Source: Escherichia phage vB_EcoM_WFL6982
Sequence record: MK373774.1
DNA: 64,000 nt
Direction: 5' to 3' (one strand)
How positions within the stretch are numbered: position 1 is the stretch's first letter; each line of letters starts with the position of its first letter. The position numbers and the translations under genes are program-made. This document shows positions 19,162 to 34,179 of the stretch, piece after piece. The notes beneath the pieces were generated by a model. That model was not told the origin of the DNA. It searched no databases and saw nothing but the letters and a program-made list of their open reading frames with translations.

Positions 19162-20158
19162 TTCAAGTGTTGTCTATCGTTCGATAGTTACTTCAAAATT
19201 TAGAACTGAAAAAATGTTGAATTTCTACAATTCAATAGGTGATGGTGATAATAAAAACACCATCTTTATAACGTTTGGTCGGTCTGAACCATGGGCTGCT
19301 AATGAAAATGAGGTGGGCTTCGCCCCGCCGTATCCAACAGACTCGGTTTTAGGCGTAACAGATATGTGGACTAACATGATGGGTTTAGTTAAAGTTATCC
19401 CATCTATGTTAGACTCGGTTATTCCTAGACGTGACTGGGGAGATATTCGTTATCCGGACCCTTATACATTCAAAATAAATGATATAGTCGTATGTAATAC
19501 AGCCCCTTATAATGCTACTGAAGTCGGTGCCGGATGGTTAGTATATCGTTGCGTAGATGTTCCTGATGTTGGGATGTGTTCTATTGAGTCTCTCGACAAC
19601 AAAGAAGAATGTCTTAAATTAGGTGGTAAATGGACTCCGTCTGTTAGGTCTTTAACCCCTCCTGAAGGCCGTGGAGATGCTGAAGGGATTATCGAAGTTG
19701 GTGATGGATATATATGGGAGTATCTTTATGAGATTCCACCTGATGTGTCTATAAACCGATGTACTAATGAATATATAGTCGTTCCATGGCCGGAAGAAGT
19801 TAAAGAAGACCCTGCTCGTTGGGGATATGAAAACAATCTAACCTGGCAACAAGATGATTTTGGCCTTGTGTATAGAGTTAAAGCAAACATAATTCGTTTT
19901 AAAGCCTATTTAGACTCAGTTTATTTCCCTAATGCAGCACTGCCTGGTAATAAAGGATTTAGACAAATTTCTATTATCACAAACCCGTTGGAAGCTAAAC
20001 TCCGTCCTAATGACCCTAATATAAAAGCTGAAAAGGATTATTATGACCCCAGAGATTTACAGCGTCATTCTGGTGAAATGATTTATATGGAAAACCGTCC
20101 ACCTATTATTATGGCAATGGACCAAACCGAAGAGATCAATATTTTGTTTATGTTCTAA
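19154..20158 (+). CDS. 8: baseplate wedge subunit
   Basis: 334 aa, order. Confidence 0.9.
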   Translation: MNDSSVVYRSIVTSKFRTEKMLNFYNSIGDGDNKNTIFITFGRSEPWAANENEVGFAPPYPTDSVLGVTDMWTNMMGLVKVIPSMLDSVIPRRDWGDIRYPDPYTFKINDIVVCNTAPYNATEVGAGWLVYRCVDVPDVGMCSIESLDNKEECLKLGGKWTPSVRSLTPPEGRGDAEGIIEVGDGYIWEYLYEIPPDVSINRCTNEYIVVPWPEEVKEDPARWGYENNLTWQQDDFGLVYRVKANIIRFKAYLDSVYFPNAALPGNKGFRQISIITNPLEAKLRPNDPNIKAEKDYYDPRDLQRHSGEMIYMENRPPIIMAMDQTEEINILFMF

Positions 20159-20162
20159 TTTA

Positions 20163-20180
20163 GGGAGACTTCGGTCTCCC
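20163..20180 (+). terminator. GGGAGACUUCGGUCUCCC hairpin terminator
   Basis: 7-bp GC-rich stem with UUCG loop, followed by TTTCG then late promoter. Confidence 0.7.
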
Positions 20181-20187
20181 TTTCGTG

Positions 20188-20195
20188 TATAAATA
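20188..20195 (+). promoter_or_regulatory. late promoter TATAAATA
   Basis: Exact TATAAATA 25 nt upstream of gene 9 start. Confidence 0.65.
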
Positions 20196-20220
20196 GTATA
20201 AACTATTAAGGATTAGCCAC

Positions 20221-21084
20221 ATGTATATTCAAACTCCAAAACAATTGATTGACGTTGGCGAAATTGGTAACGCTTCTACAGGCGATATCCTTTTTGACGG
20301 CGGTGTTAAAATAAACAATGATATAAATGCTATTTACAATGCGTTTGGTGATCAACGAAAAATGGCAACTGCTAATGGGACAGGACCAAATGGACAAATA
20401 ATCCATGCCACTGGATACTACCAAAAAGGAGGTCCTACTGATTATTTCACCCCTGTTCCAGTAGGAAGTAGACACGACATAGATGCTTCTACCGGTGGTG
20501 TTATTGTTACTGTTGCTAGAGGTGAACTCGGCGATTCCGTGGAATTTATAAATTCAAACGGATCAATTTCGGTAAACAACCCATTAAGTATCCAAGCATT
20601 AGATTCTATTAAAGGTGTTGCAGGTAATTTAGTTATAACCACACCTTATACTAAAGTTACTCTTCGTTGTATTTCTTCTGGTGCAGGCGGTTCAATATGG
20701 GATTATTCTACAGAAAGTATGTTTAGTCATACCGAAATTCCTGTAGACGGGACATGGAATATTATTTCAGACTATGTCAATATTCCTCTATTTTATAAAA
20801 CTGAATATAATGCTGCTAAACTTTTGGTTACATGCCAATCTGCCAACGGCAGAAAAATTAAATCATGTGAAATAAATATTCTAATAGATACAATTAATTC
20901 AAGAGTTATTTCAACCGAATACGCCGTGATGCGCGTTGGTAATGATAACGAAGAAGATGAAATTGCGAATATTAGTTTTTCGATAATTAACAATTTTGCC
21001 ACTATGACAGTTTCTTCACATATAAATGGTCTTCGAGTGGCAGCTAAAGTTATTTCAACTCAGAAAATTAGGGTCGCTCAATAA
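20221..21084 (+). CDS. 9: baseplate wedge, long tail fiber socket
   Basis: 287 aa, order. Confidence 0.9.
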   Translation: MYIQTPKQLIDVGEIGNASTGDILFDGGVKINNDINAIYNAFGDQRKMATANGTGPNGQIIHATGYYQKGGPTDYFTPVPVGSRHDIDASTGGVIVTVARGELGDSVEFINSNGSISVNNPLSIQALDSIKGVAGNLVITTPYTKVTLRCISSGAGGSIWDYSTESMFSHTEIPVDGTWNIISDYVNIPLFYKTEYNAAKLLVTCQSANGRKIKSCEINILIDTINSRVISTEYAVMRVGNDNEEDEIANISFSIINNFATMTVSSHINGLRVAAKVISTQKIRVAQ

Positions 21085-22898
21085 TGAAACAAAATATTAA
21101 AATTGGGAACGTCGTTGATGACGGACAAGGCGATTACCTTCGTCGTGGTGGTGCAAAAATTAATGAAAACTTTGATGAGTTGTATTACGAATTAGGCGAT
21201 GGCGAAGTTCCATATTCCGCTGGTGCCTGGAAAACATACCATTCTTCAGATGGACTTAATTTAGCTGCTGAATGGGGTAAATCATACGCAATTGATACTT
21301 CAACAGGGCGTGTTTCTATAAATTTACCTAAAGGAACAGTGGAAGATTATAATAAAGTAATTAGAGCCCGTGATGTATTCGCCACATGGAATATTAACCC
21401 TGTAACATTAATTGCTGCCGGCGGTGATACTATTAAAGGTTCTTCTAGCCCAGTAGAAATCAATGTGCAGTTTTCAGACTTAGAATTAGTTTACTGTTCT
21501 CCTGGGCGCTGGGAATACGTTAAAAATAAACAAATAGACAAAATTACTAGTTCTGATATTAGTAGTGTAGCTCGTAAAGAATTTTTAGTCGAAGTTCAAG
21601 GTCAAACTGATTTTCTTGATGTATTTGGGCCTGTTTCTTATAATGTGAATAATATCCGTGTAAAACATCGTGGTAACGAATTATACTACGGTGACGTGTT
21701 CAGTGACAATAGTGACTTTGGTTCTCCAGGAGCTAATCCTGGCGAAATCGTTGCATTAGATGGTAAAAACATCCGTTTAAGACAACCATGTAATATCGGC
21801 GACACCGTACAAATTGAAACCTTTTTAGATGGGATTACACAATTACGTAGTTCTTATTCTCGCCGCCAAATACGTATTTTAGATTCGAAATTAACAACCC
21901 GTCCTTCCTTAGAAGGAAGTGTATATGTCGCGGATTTGTCAACTTTGAAATCTATTCCTTTTTCGGCATTTGGAGTTAATCCTTCAGAACCGGTCAATAC
22001 CAATTCTTTAGAAGTTCGTTTTAACGGTATTCTTCAAGAATTAGCTGGTACTGTTGGTTTACCTATGTTCAGATGTGAAGGTGCTGATGCAGAAACTTCT
22101 ACCGAGTGTTCAGCTTTAGGTGGGACTTGGGTTACATCTAACACCGATTATTCTATTGAATATGATGATAACGATGCAACTATTGCACGTGCTTTAGTCT
22201 TTGACCGTAAGTTTGAAGACCAAGACATTATTGATATTACATGGTTTAATAACGATTTAGGCACTTTATTAAGTATCGATGACATTTTAGATACAACTGA
22301 TGAAAGGTATGTCGCACAAGGTGCAGCCGTAAATGTGACCGGCGATGTGGCTTTGACCGATTTCAATAATATCGGATGGCCTAATGTAGAATCTGTTCCT
22401 GCATATAGCAGGGAATTCTCGTCTATTGCAAATATTTTTAACACCATTTACCCTGTCGGTACTATTTACGAAAATGCAGTGAACCCTAATAACCCAGCCA
22501 CGTATTTAGGATTTGGCTCTTGGAAATTATGGGGACAAGGAAAAGTATTAGTTGGATGGAACGACGATATTAGCGATCCTAATTTTGCATTAAATAATAA
22601 CGACCTTGATTCTAGCGGGAATCCTACACATACCGCCGGTGGAACAGTCGGAACAACGTCTAACACACTAACTAATTCTGATTTACCTCCTACTCAAACT
22701 GACGAGAAAGTTCTTATTTCCGATGAGAACGGTACAATTATTATTGGTGGTTGTCAATACGACCCTGATGCAGAAGGTCCTATATACACCAAATACCGTG
22801 AAGGCCACGCCACAACGAATAGTACACACATACCGCCTCAAGCCGTAAATAATATTCAACCGTCAATTACCGTATACCGTTGGGTAAGGATTGCATAA
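21084..22898 (+). CDS. 10: baseplate wedge subunit and tail pin
   Basis: 604 aa, order. Confidence 0.9.
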   Translation: MKQNIKIGNVVDDGQGDYLRRGGAKINENFDELYYELGDGEVPYSAGAWKTYHSSDGLNLAAEWGKSYAIDTSTGRVSINLPKGTVEDYNKVIRARDVFATWNINPVTLIAAGGDTIKGSSSPVEINVQFSDLELVYCSPGRWEYVKNKQIDKITSSDISSVARKEFLVEVQGQTDFLDVFGPVSYNVNNIRVKHRGNELYYGDVFSDNSDFGSPGANPGEIVALDGKNIRLRQPCNIGDTVQIETFLDGITQLRSSYSRRQIRILDSKLTTRPSLEGSVYVADLSTLKSIPFSAFGVNPSEPVNTNSLEVRFNGILQELAGTVGLPMFRCEGADAETSTECSALGGTWVTSNTDYSIEYDDNDATIARALVFDRKFEDQDIIDITWFNNDLGTLLSIDDILDTTDERYVAQGAAVNVTGDVALTDFNNIGWPNVESVPAYSREFSSIANIFNTIYPVGTIYENAVNPNNPATYLGFGSWKLWGQGKVLVGWNDDISDPNFALNNNDLDSSGNPTHTAGGTVGTTSNTLTNSDLPPTQTDEKVLISDENGTIIIGGCQYDPDAEGPIYTKYREGHATTNSTHIPPQAVNNIQPSITVYRWVRIA

Positions 22899-23557
22899 TG
22901 ACCATACTTAATACTAAAGCGGGAGTAATATCCCGCGAAGCAGATTTTTTAGGATTTAGAAAAAATCCTACTCAAATTGATATTTTAAACAACCAAGGTG
23001 TAGGTTCTGTAACCATTTCTCAATTGGCAAAAGGATTCTACGATGATAACGTAGAATCTGCAATAAACGATGTTCATAATATTGCTAGAGCAGATGTAGG
23101 AACAGTTACAATTAACACCTCAGGTGTATCTCCTGAAGGAACTTCACAGGTAGATTATTGGACCTTTAGTGGAAGTGTAACTGACCCTAGTTTGCCCGAT
23201 GGAAGCCCTGTTATTGTAAAAGTTTACGGGCTTCCTGTTAATGCTACTGTAGGTATGACAGCCGACGAATTTGTTGTACAATTACGTACTACTCTCCGGA
23301 ATGCGATTTCCGACCAATTGGCTATTGCAGAGTATAAAGATGACCCTACTGTTGGGACTAAATTACAAATAACATATTTAGATAACCAAAGACACGTACT
23401 CCCAACGTATTCCTCTTATGGTATCACGGTTTCTCAAGAAATAGTGTCTCAGGCTAAGTCTGGGTACGGTACTTGGAATTTACTAGGTGCGCAAACCATT
23501 ACTCTTGACAACCATATTTCACCTACAACCTTTTATTATTTTGTGAGAACCGCATGA
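22898..23557 (+). CDS. 11: baseplate wedge subunit and tail pin
   Basis: Start MTILNTKAG in TAATG overlap with gene 10 stop; matches T4 gp11. Confidence 0.9.
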   Translation: MTILNTKAGVISREADFLGFRKNPTQIDILNNQGVGSVTISQLAKGFYDDNVESAINDVHNIARADVGTVTINTSGVSPEGTSQVDYWTFSGSVTDPSLPDGSPVIVKVYGLPVNATVGMTADEFVVQLRTTLRNAISDQLAIAEYKDDPTVGTKLQITYLDNQRHVLPTYSSYGITVSQEIVSQAKSGYGTWNLLGAQTITLDNHISPTTFYYFVRTA

Positions 23558-25104
23558 GTAATAATACATATCAACACGTTTCGAACGAATCGGTATATGT
23601 TGAATTTGACCCGGTAGGGTCAAATTTTGATAGTTCAATAACCAATGTCCAGGCAGCCTTAGCCTCAATTAGCGCATATGGTGTTAAAGGTGTTCCGGAC
23701 GCAAGTGAAACAGAAAAAGGTGTAATTCAATTAGCGACGGAACAAGAAGTTCTTGACGGTTTTAATAGTACTAAGGCCGTTACACCTGCCACATTAAATG
23801 CAAGACTTCAGTATCCGAATGCATCAGAAACACAATACGGCGTAACTAAATATGCAACACAAGAGGAGGCCATTGCTGGCACTTTAGACACTGTTTCTAT
23901 TACTCCGCTTAAATTAAACCAAACTATTGATAACACGTTCTCTACTCGTTATTCAACAGAAACAACTAACGGTGTTATTAAAATTGCATCTCAAACCGCT
24001 GCACTTGCCGGGTCTGATGACACCACGGCAATGACTCCGCTTAAAACGCAACAATTAGCAATAAAATTAATTTCTCAAATAGCTCCTAATAACGACCCGG
24101 CTTCAGAATCTATTACCGGTGTTGTGCGTTTAGCTACGGTGGCTCAAACACGTCAAGGAACTCTTCGCGAAGGATATGCAATTTCCCCGTATACCTTTAT
24201 GAATTCTGTTGCAACGCAAGAATATAAAGGTGTTATACGTCTAGGAACACAAGCGGAAATTAATAGTAATTTAGGGGATGTTGCAGTAACAGGTGAAACG
24301 CTAAATGGTAGAGGAGCTACCGGTTCTATACGTGGAGTCGTTAAATTAACGACGCAGGCTGGTATTGCCCCTGAAGGCGATAGCTCCGGAGCATTAGCAT
24401 GGAACGCAGATGTAATTAATACACGCGGTGGACAAACTATTAATGGTTCTTTAAATTTAGATCACCTCACAGCAAATGGAATTTGGTCGCGTGGCGGAAT
24501 GTGGAAAAACGGTGACCAGCCAGTTGCAACAGAGAGATATGCATCTGAACGTGTTCCTGTTGGAACAATTCAAATGTTCGCAGGTGATAGCGCTCCTCCA
24601 GGTTGGGTTTTATGTCATGGTGGGACCATTTCTGGAGACCAATTTCCGGACTATCGAAATGTGGTTGGAACAAGATTTGGCGGTGATTGGAATAATCCTG
24701 GAATTCCGGATATGCGCGGCCTTTTTGTTAGAGGAGCTGGTACTGGCAGTCATATTTTAAATAATCGTGGCCAAGACGGCTATGGAAAGGATAGATTAGG
24801 TGTAGGATGTGACGGCATGCATGTTGGCGGTGTCCAAGCACAGCAAATGTCATATCATAAACACGCTGGTGGATGGGGCGAACTTCAACGTCATGAGGCA
24901 CCATTCGGAGCATCCGTATATCAAGGTTATTTGGGTACTAGAAAATATTCCGACTGGGACAATGCTTCATACTTCACCAATGATGGATTTGAATTAGGTG
25001 GACCGAGAGATGCCCTTGGTACACTTAATCGTGAAGGACTTATCGGATATGAGACTCGTCCATGGAATATATCTTTAAATTATATTATTAAAGTCCATTA
25101 CTAA
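23554..25104 (+). CDS. 12: short tail fiber
   Basis: 516 aa, order. Confidence 0.9.
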   Translation: MSNNTYQHVSNESVYVEFDPVGSNFDSSITNVQAALASISAYGVKGVPDASETEKGVIQLATEQEVLDGFNSTKAVTPATLNARLQYPNASETQYGVTKYATQEEAIAGTLDTVSITPLKLNQTIDNTFSTRYSTETTNGVIKIASQTAALAGSDDTTAMTPLKTQQLAIKLISQIAPNNDPASESITGVVRLATVAQTRQGTLREGYAISPYTFMNSVATQEYKGVIRLGTQAEINSNLGDVAVTGETLNGRGATGSIRGVVKLTTQAGIAPEGDSSGALAWNADVINTRGGQTINGSLNLDHLTANGIWSRGGMWKNGDQPVATERYASERVPVGTIQMFAGDSAPPGWVLCHGGTISGDQFPDYRNVVGTRFGGDWNNPGIPDMRGLFVRGAGTGSHILNNRGQDGYGKDRLGVGCDGMHVGGVQAQQMSYHKHAGGWGELQRHEAPFGASVYQGYLGTRKYSDWDNASYFTNDGFELGGPRDALGTLNREGLIGYETRPWNISLNYIIKVHY

Positions 25105-25113
25105 GGGTAAAAA

Positions 25114-26556
25114 ATGATCGAATTAAAAAGTCTACCATATGTTGATGGCCCTCCTGACGAGGGTCAAAAACGTTTAAACTGGATTAAAAATTCAGAAGAA
25201 ATAACTGGTGCTGACACGTTATATGGTTCTGAAGGAGTAATGAACCGTCCAATAACAGAAGTTCAACGAAATGTGGAAACAATTAACGATAATGTTAAGA
25301 CTATCGCAGAATCTTTAGATACCGCTAATGCCGATATTGCCACAATTAAAGGTATCTTGGATGTTTCTGGTGACGTAGATGCTTTAGCACAAATTGGACA
25401 TAACACTGATGATATTGAAGTATTAAAACACACTGTAAATTCACACAGTGTTGATATTTTAAACACTGAAGAAAAACTAGATGATACTATTGCTAATATC
25501 GGAGTAGTTAATCCAGAAACAGATTCGGTGTATCGTACGGTGCGTAACGACCTTCTTTGGATTAAAACCGAATTAGGGCAATATACTGGACAAGATATTA
25601 ATGGAGTCCCGACCGAAGGTAATGAAAGCACCGGGATGAAACGACGTATTATTACTAACAGCTCAGTGTTGGTTGACCAAGGCGTTCGTTTAACCGAGTT
25701 GGAAAATAAATTTGCCGATTCTGATGTTGGGGCTCTGACAACTGAAGTTGAAAACCTCCGCCAAGAAATGGGTCCTAGACCATCGTTAACAGTACCGGTT
25801 TACACTCGTTTATCTGGTATTGATTCATCCATTTCTATCCAAACCAGAGATATTGCGGCATTAAAAGATTTTGTTGGATATCCTAATTCAACCGCTATTA
25901 AAACTCAAGTCGAGGCCAATCGTCTTTCTATATCAACAATAAATTCAGACATTAACTCGCCTGGTGGTATTAAACCACGTTTGACAACGTTAGAAACTAC
26001 TATAGGCTCTCCAGATTTACCGACTACTCTTCAGGGTAAGATCAAATTAAATACCGATTCCATTTCAGGTATTAACACAGTTTTAGGTGTTGATTCTTCT
26101 AGTGGTTTACGTTTTAACGTAGCATGGCTTAATCAGGTGGTTGGCGTTGATTCAAATGGTGGACAACCTGAACCGGCTGGTTCACTTTTATATAGGACTC
26201 GTATTCTTGAAACTGGTGTTACTGACCTAGGCAATAACATTCAAAACGTTCAAACCGAATTGGGAACTAATTCGTCCGGTATTAAAGGACAAGTGACTAG
26301 TTTAAATAAACTTATAAGCGGCACTAACCCAAACGGTCAAACCATAGAAGAACGTGGTATATTGCCAACAGTTAAAAACCATGACACGACAATTACGGAT
26401 TTAACTACGCGTGTTACCACTTTGGAAACAGACCTTGCTGCAGCAGAAGCAGAAATTCAAGCCCTTAAAGAGGCCGGATATATCGAAGACGCTCCTTCAG
26501 ACGGTAAATTCTATGTTCGTAAAGATGGTGCTTGGGTTGAACTTCCTACAGCTTAA
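25114..26556 (+). CDS. wac: fibritin (whisker)
   Basis: Coiled-coil-rich; C-terminal foldon GYIEDAPSDGKFYVRKDGAWVELP. Confidence 0.9.
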   Translation: MIELKSLPYVDGPPDEGQKRLNWIKNSEEITGADTLYGSEGVMNRPITEVQRNVETINDNVKTIAESLDTANADIATIKGILDVSGDVDALAQIGHNTDDIEVLKHTVNSHSVDILNTEEKLDDTIANIGVVNPETDSVYRTVRNDLLWIKTELGQYTGQDINGVPTEGNESTGMKRRIITNSSVLVDQGVRLTELENKFADSDVGALTTEVENLRQEMGPRPSLTVPVYTRLSGIDSSISIQTRDIAALKDFVGYPNSTAIKTQVEANRLSISTINSDINSPGGIKPRLTTLETTIGSPDLPTTLQGKIKLNTDSISGINTVLGVDSSSGLRFNVAWLNQVVGVDSNGGQPEPAGSLLYRTRILETGVTDLGNNIQNVQTELGTNSSGIKGQVTSLNKLISGTNPNGQTIEERGILPTVKNHDTTITDLTTRVTTLETDLAAAEAEIQALKEAGYIEDAPSDGKFYVRKDGAWVELPTA

Positions 26557-26562
26557 TGAAAA

Positions 26563-26576
26563 GGGCCTTCGGGCCC
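26563..26576 (+). terminator. GGGCCUUCGGGCCC hairpin
   Basis: GC stem with UUCG loop after wac. Confidence 0.5.
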
Positions 26577-26588
26577 TAAAGGATTTAT

Positions 26589-27515
26589 ATGTCAGGTTAT
26601 AATGCACAAAACCCTAAAGAATTAAAGGATGTAATATTACGTCGTTTAGGCGCTCCTATTGTAAATGTTGAATTAACTACAGACCAAATTTATGATTGTA
26701 TTTCACGGGCGTTAGAACTTTATGGTGAATATCATTTTGACGGATTGAATAAAGGTTTTCACGTATTTTTTGTTGATGACGAAGAAAAATACCGTCACGG
26801 CGTATTTGATATGCGCGGTTCTAATGTATTTGCTGTAACAAGAATTATAAGAACAAACGTTGGCTCTATTACTTCAATGGATGGTAATGCAACTTATCCT
26901 TGGTTCACTGATTTCCTTTTAGGAATGGCAGGTGTTTCTGGTGGTATGGGTAGTAATTGTGGTAAATTCTACGGTCCGAACGCTTTTGGTGCCGACCTCG
27001 GGTATTATTCTCAATTAGTATCTTATATGGGTATGCTTCAAGATATGATTGCTCCTCTTCCAGATTTTTGGTTTAACTCTGCAAACGAGCAATTAAAAGT
27101 AATGGGTAACTTTAGACAGAAAGATGTCATTATCGTTGAATCGTATGTTCGCTCTTATATCGAGACCCATAAGATGGTAGGAAATACAGTAGGGTACGGT
27201 CAGGTCGGTCCTCGTGATTCATGGTCTATTTCTGAACGTTATGATAATCCAGACCATAATTTGGTAGGACGTCGAGTTGGTGAAGATCCTGCAACCAAAC
27301 AAGGCGCATATAACAACCGCTGGGTTAAAGATTATGCAACTGCATTAGCTAAAGAGCTTAATGGACAAATTCTTGCTAAACATCAAGGTATGATGTTACC
27401 GGGTGGCGTCACTGTTGATGGTGTTCGATTAATTGAAGAAGCTCGTTTAGAGAAGGAAGCTTTACGAGAAGAGTTATATTTACTGGACCCTCCTGCAGGT
27501 ATTTTGGTAGGTTAA
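26589..27515 (+). CDS. 13: neck protein
   Basis: 308 aa, order. Confidence 0.9.
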   Translation: MSGYNAQNPKELKDVILRRLGAPIVNVELTTDQIYDCISRALELYGEYHFDGLNKGFHVFFVDDEEKYRHGVFDMRGSNVFAVTRIIRTNVGSITSMDGNATYPWFTDFLLGMAGVSGGMGSNCGKFYGPNAFGADLGYYSQLVSYMGMLQDMIAPLPDFWFNSANEQLKVMGNFRQKDVIIVESYVRSYIETHKMVGNTVGYGQVGPRDSWSISERYDNPDHNLVGRRVGEDPATKQGAYNNRWVKDYATALAKELNGQILAKHQGMMLPGGVTVDGVRLIEEARLEKEALREELYLLDPPAGILVG

Positions 27516-27516
27516 T

Positions 27517-28281
27517 ATGGCAACTTATGATAAAAATCTTTTCGCCAAGCTAGAAAATCGTGGTGGGTATTCTCAGACAAATGAGACCGAAATCCTCAAT
27601 CCATTTGTCAATTTTAATAACTATGAGAATAGTCAGACATTAGCCGATGTTCTAGTGGCAGAAAGCATACAGATGCGCGGTATTGAGTGTTTTTATGTTC
27701 CACGTGAATATGTTGCCGTGGACCTTATCTTTGGTGAGGACCTTAAAAATAAATTTACTAAAGCATGGAAATTTGCTGCATATCTGAACTCTTTTGAAGG
27801 TTATGAAGGAGCGAAATCGTTCTTCAGCAACTTCGGAATGCAAGTTCAAGACGAAGTTACATTATCTATTAACCCGGGTCTTTTCAAACACCAGGTCAAC
27901 AATCAGGAGCCCAAGGAAGGTGATTTAATATACTTCCCAATGGATAACAGTTTGTTTGAGATTAACTGGGTTGAACCATATGACCCATTCTATCAAGTAG
28001 GTAAAAATGCGATTCGTAAAATTACTGCAGGCAAGTTTATTTACTCTGGCGAAGAAATCAATCCGGTGCTTCAGAAAAATGAAGGTATCAATATACCTGA
28101 ATTTAGTGACTTGGAACTTAACCCTGTTAGAAATCTTGACGGTATCCATGACATTAATATCGATGAATATTCTGAAGTTGAGCAAATCAATTCAGAGGCA
28201 AGTGAATACGTTGAACCGTACGTAGTAGTTAACAACCGTGGTAGACAAAATTCACCATTTGACGATGGGTTTATGAATTAA
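27517..28281 (+). CDS. 14: neck protein
   Basis: 254 aa, order. Confidence 0.9.
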   Translation: MATYDKNLFAKLENRGGYSQTNETEILNPFVNFNNYENSQTLADVLVAESIQMRGIECFYVPREYVAVDLIFGEDLKNKFTKAWKFAAYLNSFEGYEGAKSFFSNFGMQVQDEVTLSINPGLFKHQVNNQEPKEGDLIYFPMDNSLFEINWVEPYDPFYQVGKNAIRKITAGKFIYSGEEINPVLQKNEGINIPEFSDLELNPVRNLDGIHDINIDEYSEVEQINSEASEYVEPYVVVNNRGRQNSPFDDGFMN

Positions 28282-28330
28282 TAAATAGATAAGATAAAGC
28301 AAACACCGGTCGAAAGGCCGGTTAGGAGAA

Positions 28331-29155
28331 ATGATGTTTGGCTATTTTTACAACTCGTCGTTCAGGCGATATATCACAATGATGGGCGATTTGTTTTCAA
28401 ATATCCAAGTTAACCGTCAATTGTCTACAGGCAATAAATTAATTAGAGTTCCTATTACGTATGCATCTAAAGAGCACTTTATGATGAAACTTAATAAATG
28501 GACCTCTATAAACTCACAAGAAGATGTGGCTAAAGTCGAAACTATTCTACCACGTATAAATCTCCAAATGGTAGATTTCGTTTATAACCCAACGTTTAAA
28601 ACGAATATATTGAATAACTCTCTTTTGAGTAAATCGACTAAGGATATTGTAGATCAATACAACCCATCACCAATTAAAATGATTTTTGAACTGAGCATCT
28701 TTACTCGTTATGAAGATGATATGTTCCAAATCGTTGAGCAAATTATTCCATATTTTCAGCCGCATTTTAATACGACTATGATTGAGCAATATGGGCAGGA
28801 TATTCCATTTGAAAGGGATATTAAAGTCGTATGGATGGCAGCAGCAATGGATGAACAAATAGACGGTGATAATTTATCTCGTCGACGTTTAGAGTGGTCA
28901 TTAACATTTGAAGTAAATGGATGGATGTATCCTCCGGTAGGCGCAGCAGAAGGCCTTATTAAAACGACTTATCTTGATTTTCATGCTAATGAACGAGACC
29001 TTCAAACAGCCGCCCGCGTTTTTGAATCAGTTGATACAGAAATTAAACCGAGAGACGTTGAAGCACAAGATTGGAATGGTGAAGTTGAACAAACTTATAC
29101 TCATGATATTCCAATCCCTACTCCACCAACCCCTCCTGGTCCTAGAAAACAATAA
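28331..29155 (+). CDS. 15: tail sheath stabiliser and completion protein
   Basis: MFGYFYNSSFRRY matches T4 gp15; true start may be the second ATG at 28334. Confidence 0.9.
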   Translation: MMFGYFYNSSFRRYITMMGDLFSNIQVNRQLSTGNKLIRVPITYASKEHFMMKLNKWTSINSQEDVAKVETILPRINLQMVDFVYNPTFKTNILNNSLLSKSTKDIVDQYNPSPIKMIFELSIFTRYEDDMFQIVEQIIPYFQPHFNTTMIEQYGQDIPFERDIKVVWMAAAMDEQIDGDNLSRRRLEWSLTFEVNGWMYPPVGAAEGLIKTTYLDFHANERDLQTAARVFESVDTEIKPRDVEAQDWNGEVEQTYTHDIPIPTPPTPPGPRKQ

Positions 29156-31481
<2,326 letters not shown>

Positions 31482-31508
31482 AAATAAAGCAAATTAAGAG
31501 GAATTAAA

Positions 31509-33491
31509 ATGGCACTTCTCTCTCCGGGCGTTGAGCTCAAAGAAACTACCGTACAGAGTACGGTAGTTAATAACTCCACTGGTACTGCTGCCCTGGCTGG
31601 AAAATTCCAATGGGGGCCGGCATTCCAGATTAAACAAATCACTGATGAAGTTGCATTAGTTGATATGTTTGGTACTCCTAATACGGATACAGCAGATTAT
31701 TTCATGTCTGCTATGAACTTCCTTCAATATGGTAATGACCTTCGTGTTGTACGCGCAGTTGATCGTGATACTGCTAAGAACTCATCTCCTGTGGCAGGAA
31801 ACATTAATTTTACTATTTCTTCGGCTGGCACCAACTACAGAGTCGGTGATAAAGTTGTAGTTAAATATTCTACAGATATTATCGAACCAGACGGTGAAGT
31901 TACTTCAGTTGATTCTGACGGTAAAATTTTGAATATCTTTATTCCTTCAGGTAAAATTATCGCTAAAGCGAAAGAAATCGGCGAATATCCTGAATTAGGT
32001 TCAAACTGGACTGCCGAAATGTCTGGGTCTTCTTCTGGTCTGTCTGCAGTAATTACTATTGATTCCGTTATAATGGATTCGGGTATTCTGTTAACTGAAG
32101 TTGAAACTTCTGAAGAAGCTATTACTTCTCTAACTTTCCAAGAATCTATTAAAAAATATGGTGTCCCAGGCATAGTTGCTCTTTATCCTGGTGAACTTGG
32201 CGACCAGCTCGAAATTGAAATCGTATCTAAAGCAGACTATGACAAAGGTGCTTCAGCCCAGTTAAAAATTTATCCTGATGGTGGTACTCGTGCATCTACT
32301 GCTAAAGCAATCTTTGGGTACGGCCCACAAACTGATGACCAATATGCAATTATCGTTCGTCGTAACGATGCTGTAGTCCAGAGTGTAGTTCTTTCTACTA
32401 AACGTGGTGAACGAGATATTTATGGTAGCAATATCTTCATTGATGATTTCTTTGCTAAAGGCGCAAGCAATTATATTTTCGCTACGGCACAAGGTTGGCC
32501 AAAAGGTTTCTCTGGTGTAATCAAACTGAATGGTGGCTTATCATCTAATGAAACTGTTGAAGCCGGTGATTTAATGGAAGCTTGGGATTTGTTTGCTGAC
32601 CGTGAATCGGTTAATGCACAGTTGTTTATTGCTGGTTCTTGTGCTGGTGAATCTTTAGAAGTTGCTTCTACAGTTCAGAAACATGTTGTAGCAATTGGTG
32701 ATTCTCGTCAAGATTGCTTGGTTCTTTGCTCGCCTCCACGTGCAGCTGTAGTTGGTATTCCTGTTAATCGTGCAGTTGATAATCTGGTTGATTGGCGTAC
32801 AGCGTCAGGAACTTACACCGATAATAACTTTAATATAAGTTCTACTTATGCTGCTATTGATGGTAACTATAAATATCAATATGACAAATATAACGATGTG
32901 AATCGTTGGGTTCCATTAGCTGCTGATATCGCCGGTCTTTGTGCTCGAACAGACAATATTTCTCAGCCTTGGATGTCTCCAGCCGGTTATAACCGTGGAC
33001 AAATTCTTAACGTTATTAAGCTTGCAATTGAAACTCGTCAAGCACAACGAGATCGTTTGTATCAGGAAGCTATTAACCCTGTTACTGGTACCGGTGGTGA
33101 TGGGTATGTTCTGTACGGCGATAAAACTGCCACTTCTGTTCCTTCGCCATTTGACCGTATTAACGTTCGTCGTTTGTTCAATATGGTTAAAACGAACATT
33201 GGTTCAGCATCTAAATATCGCCTTTTTGAATTGAACAACGCATTTACCCGTTCTTCTTTCCGTACAGAGACTTCTCAATATCTACAGGGTATTAAAGCTC
33301 TTGGTGGTGTATATAACTTTAAAGTTGTTTGTGATACTACCAATAACACTCCAGCAGTTATCGACCGTAATGAATTTGTAGCTACTTTCTACTTACAACC
33401 TGCCCGCTCGATAAATTATATTACGTTGAACTTTGTAGCAACAGCAACTGGTGCCGATTTCGACGAACTGATTGGTGCTGTAGGTGGTTAA
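31509..33491 (+). CDS. 18: tail sheath protein
   Basis: 660 aa, order. Confidence 0.95.
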   Translation: MALLSPGVELKETTVQSTVVNNSTGTAALAGKFQWGPAFQIKQITDEVALVDMFGTPNTDTADYFMSAMNFLQYGNDLRVVRAVDRDTAKNSSPVAGNINFTISSAGTNYRVGDKVVVKYSTDIIEPDGEVTSVDSDGKILNIFIPSGKIIAKAKEIGEYPELGSNWTAEMSGSSSGLSAVITIDSVIMDSGILLTEVETSEEAITSLTFQESIKKYGVPGIVALYPGELGDQLEIEIVSKADYDKGASAQLKIYPDGGTRASTAKAIFGYGPQTDDQYAIIVRRNDAVVQSVVLSTKRGERDIYGSNIFIDDFFAKGASNYIFATAQGWPKGFSGVIKLNGGLSSNETVEAGDLMEAWDLFADRESVNAQLFIAGSCAGESLEVASTVQKHVVAIGDSRQDCLVLCSPPRAAVVGIPVNRAVDNLVDWRTASGTYTDNNFNISSTYAAIDGNYKYQYDKYNDVNRWVPLAADIAGLCARTDNISQPWMSPAGYNRGQILNVIKLAIETRQAQRDRLYQEAINPVTGTGGDGYVLYGDKTATSVPSPFDRINVRRLFNMVKTNIGSASKYRLFELNNAFTRSSFRTETSQYLQGIKALGGVYNFKVVCDTTNNTPAVIDRNEFVATFYLQPARSINYITLNFVATATGADFDELIGAVGG

Positions 33492-33603
33492 TAAGACGCC
33501 TGATGGGCTATTTCGGTAGCCCATATAAATATACTATATCGTTTAAAAATTAATTCTATGGGCATCCGGTTAATCCTAAGCCCATATTACTACAGAGGCT
33601 AAT

Positions 33604-34095
33604 ATGTTTGTAGATGACGTAACTCGTGCCTTCGAATCTGGTGATTTCGCTCGCCCTAACCTGTTCGAAGTAGAAATCTCTTATCTTGGGCAAAACTTTA
33701 GCTTCCAGTGTCGTGCTACTGCTCTTCCTGCTGCGATCGTTGAAAAGGTTCCTGTTTCTTATATGAACCGTAAAATTAACGTGGCCGGTGATCGTACATT
33801 CGATGATTGGACTATTACAGTAATGAATGATGATGCTCATAGCATTCGTCAGAAATTTGTTGATTGGCAAGGTATTGCAGCAGGACAAGGTAATGAAATT
33901 ACCGGTGGTAAACCTGCTGAATATAAAAAGTCTGCTATCGTTCGTCAATTTGCTCGTGATGCTAAAACGGTCACTAAAGAAGTTGAAATTGTCGGCTTGT
34001 GGCCTACTAACGTTGGCGAAGTATCTCTTGACTGGGACAGCAATAACGAGATTGAAACGTTCGAAGTAACTCTTGCTCTTGATTGGTGGGAATAA
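33604..34095 (+). CDS. 19: tail tube protein
   Basis: 163 aa, order; terminator hairpin and TATAAATA in the upstream intergenic region. Confidence 0.95.
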   Translation: MFVDDVTRAFESGDFARPNLFEVEISYLGQNFSFQCRATALPAAIVEKVPVSYMNRKINVAGDRTFDDWTITVMNDDAHSIRQKFVDWQGIAAGQGNEITGGKPAEYKKSAIVRQFARDAKTVTKEVEIVGLWPTNVGEVSLDWDSNNEIETFEVTLALDWWE

Positions 34096-34179
34096 TCTGG
34101 TTGGGGAGAAATCCCCAGCTTCCCGTGATGACGGAGAAGTCCATATAAATATAACTATAATTCCCATTCGGAGAATACA

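Noticed and set aside
33556-34167. 203-aa minus-strand ORF
   Set aside because: Antisense to tail tube gene 19 and its flanking terminator and promoter elements; no independent support.
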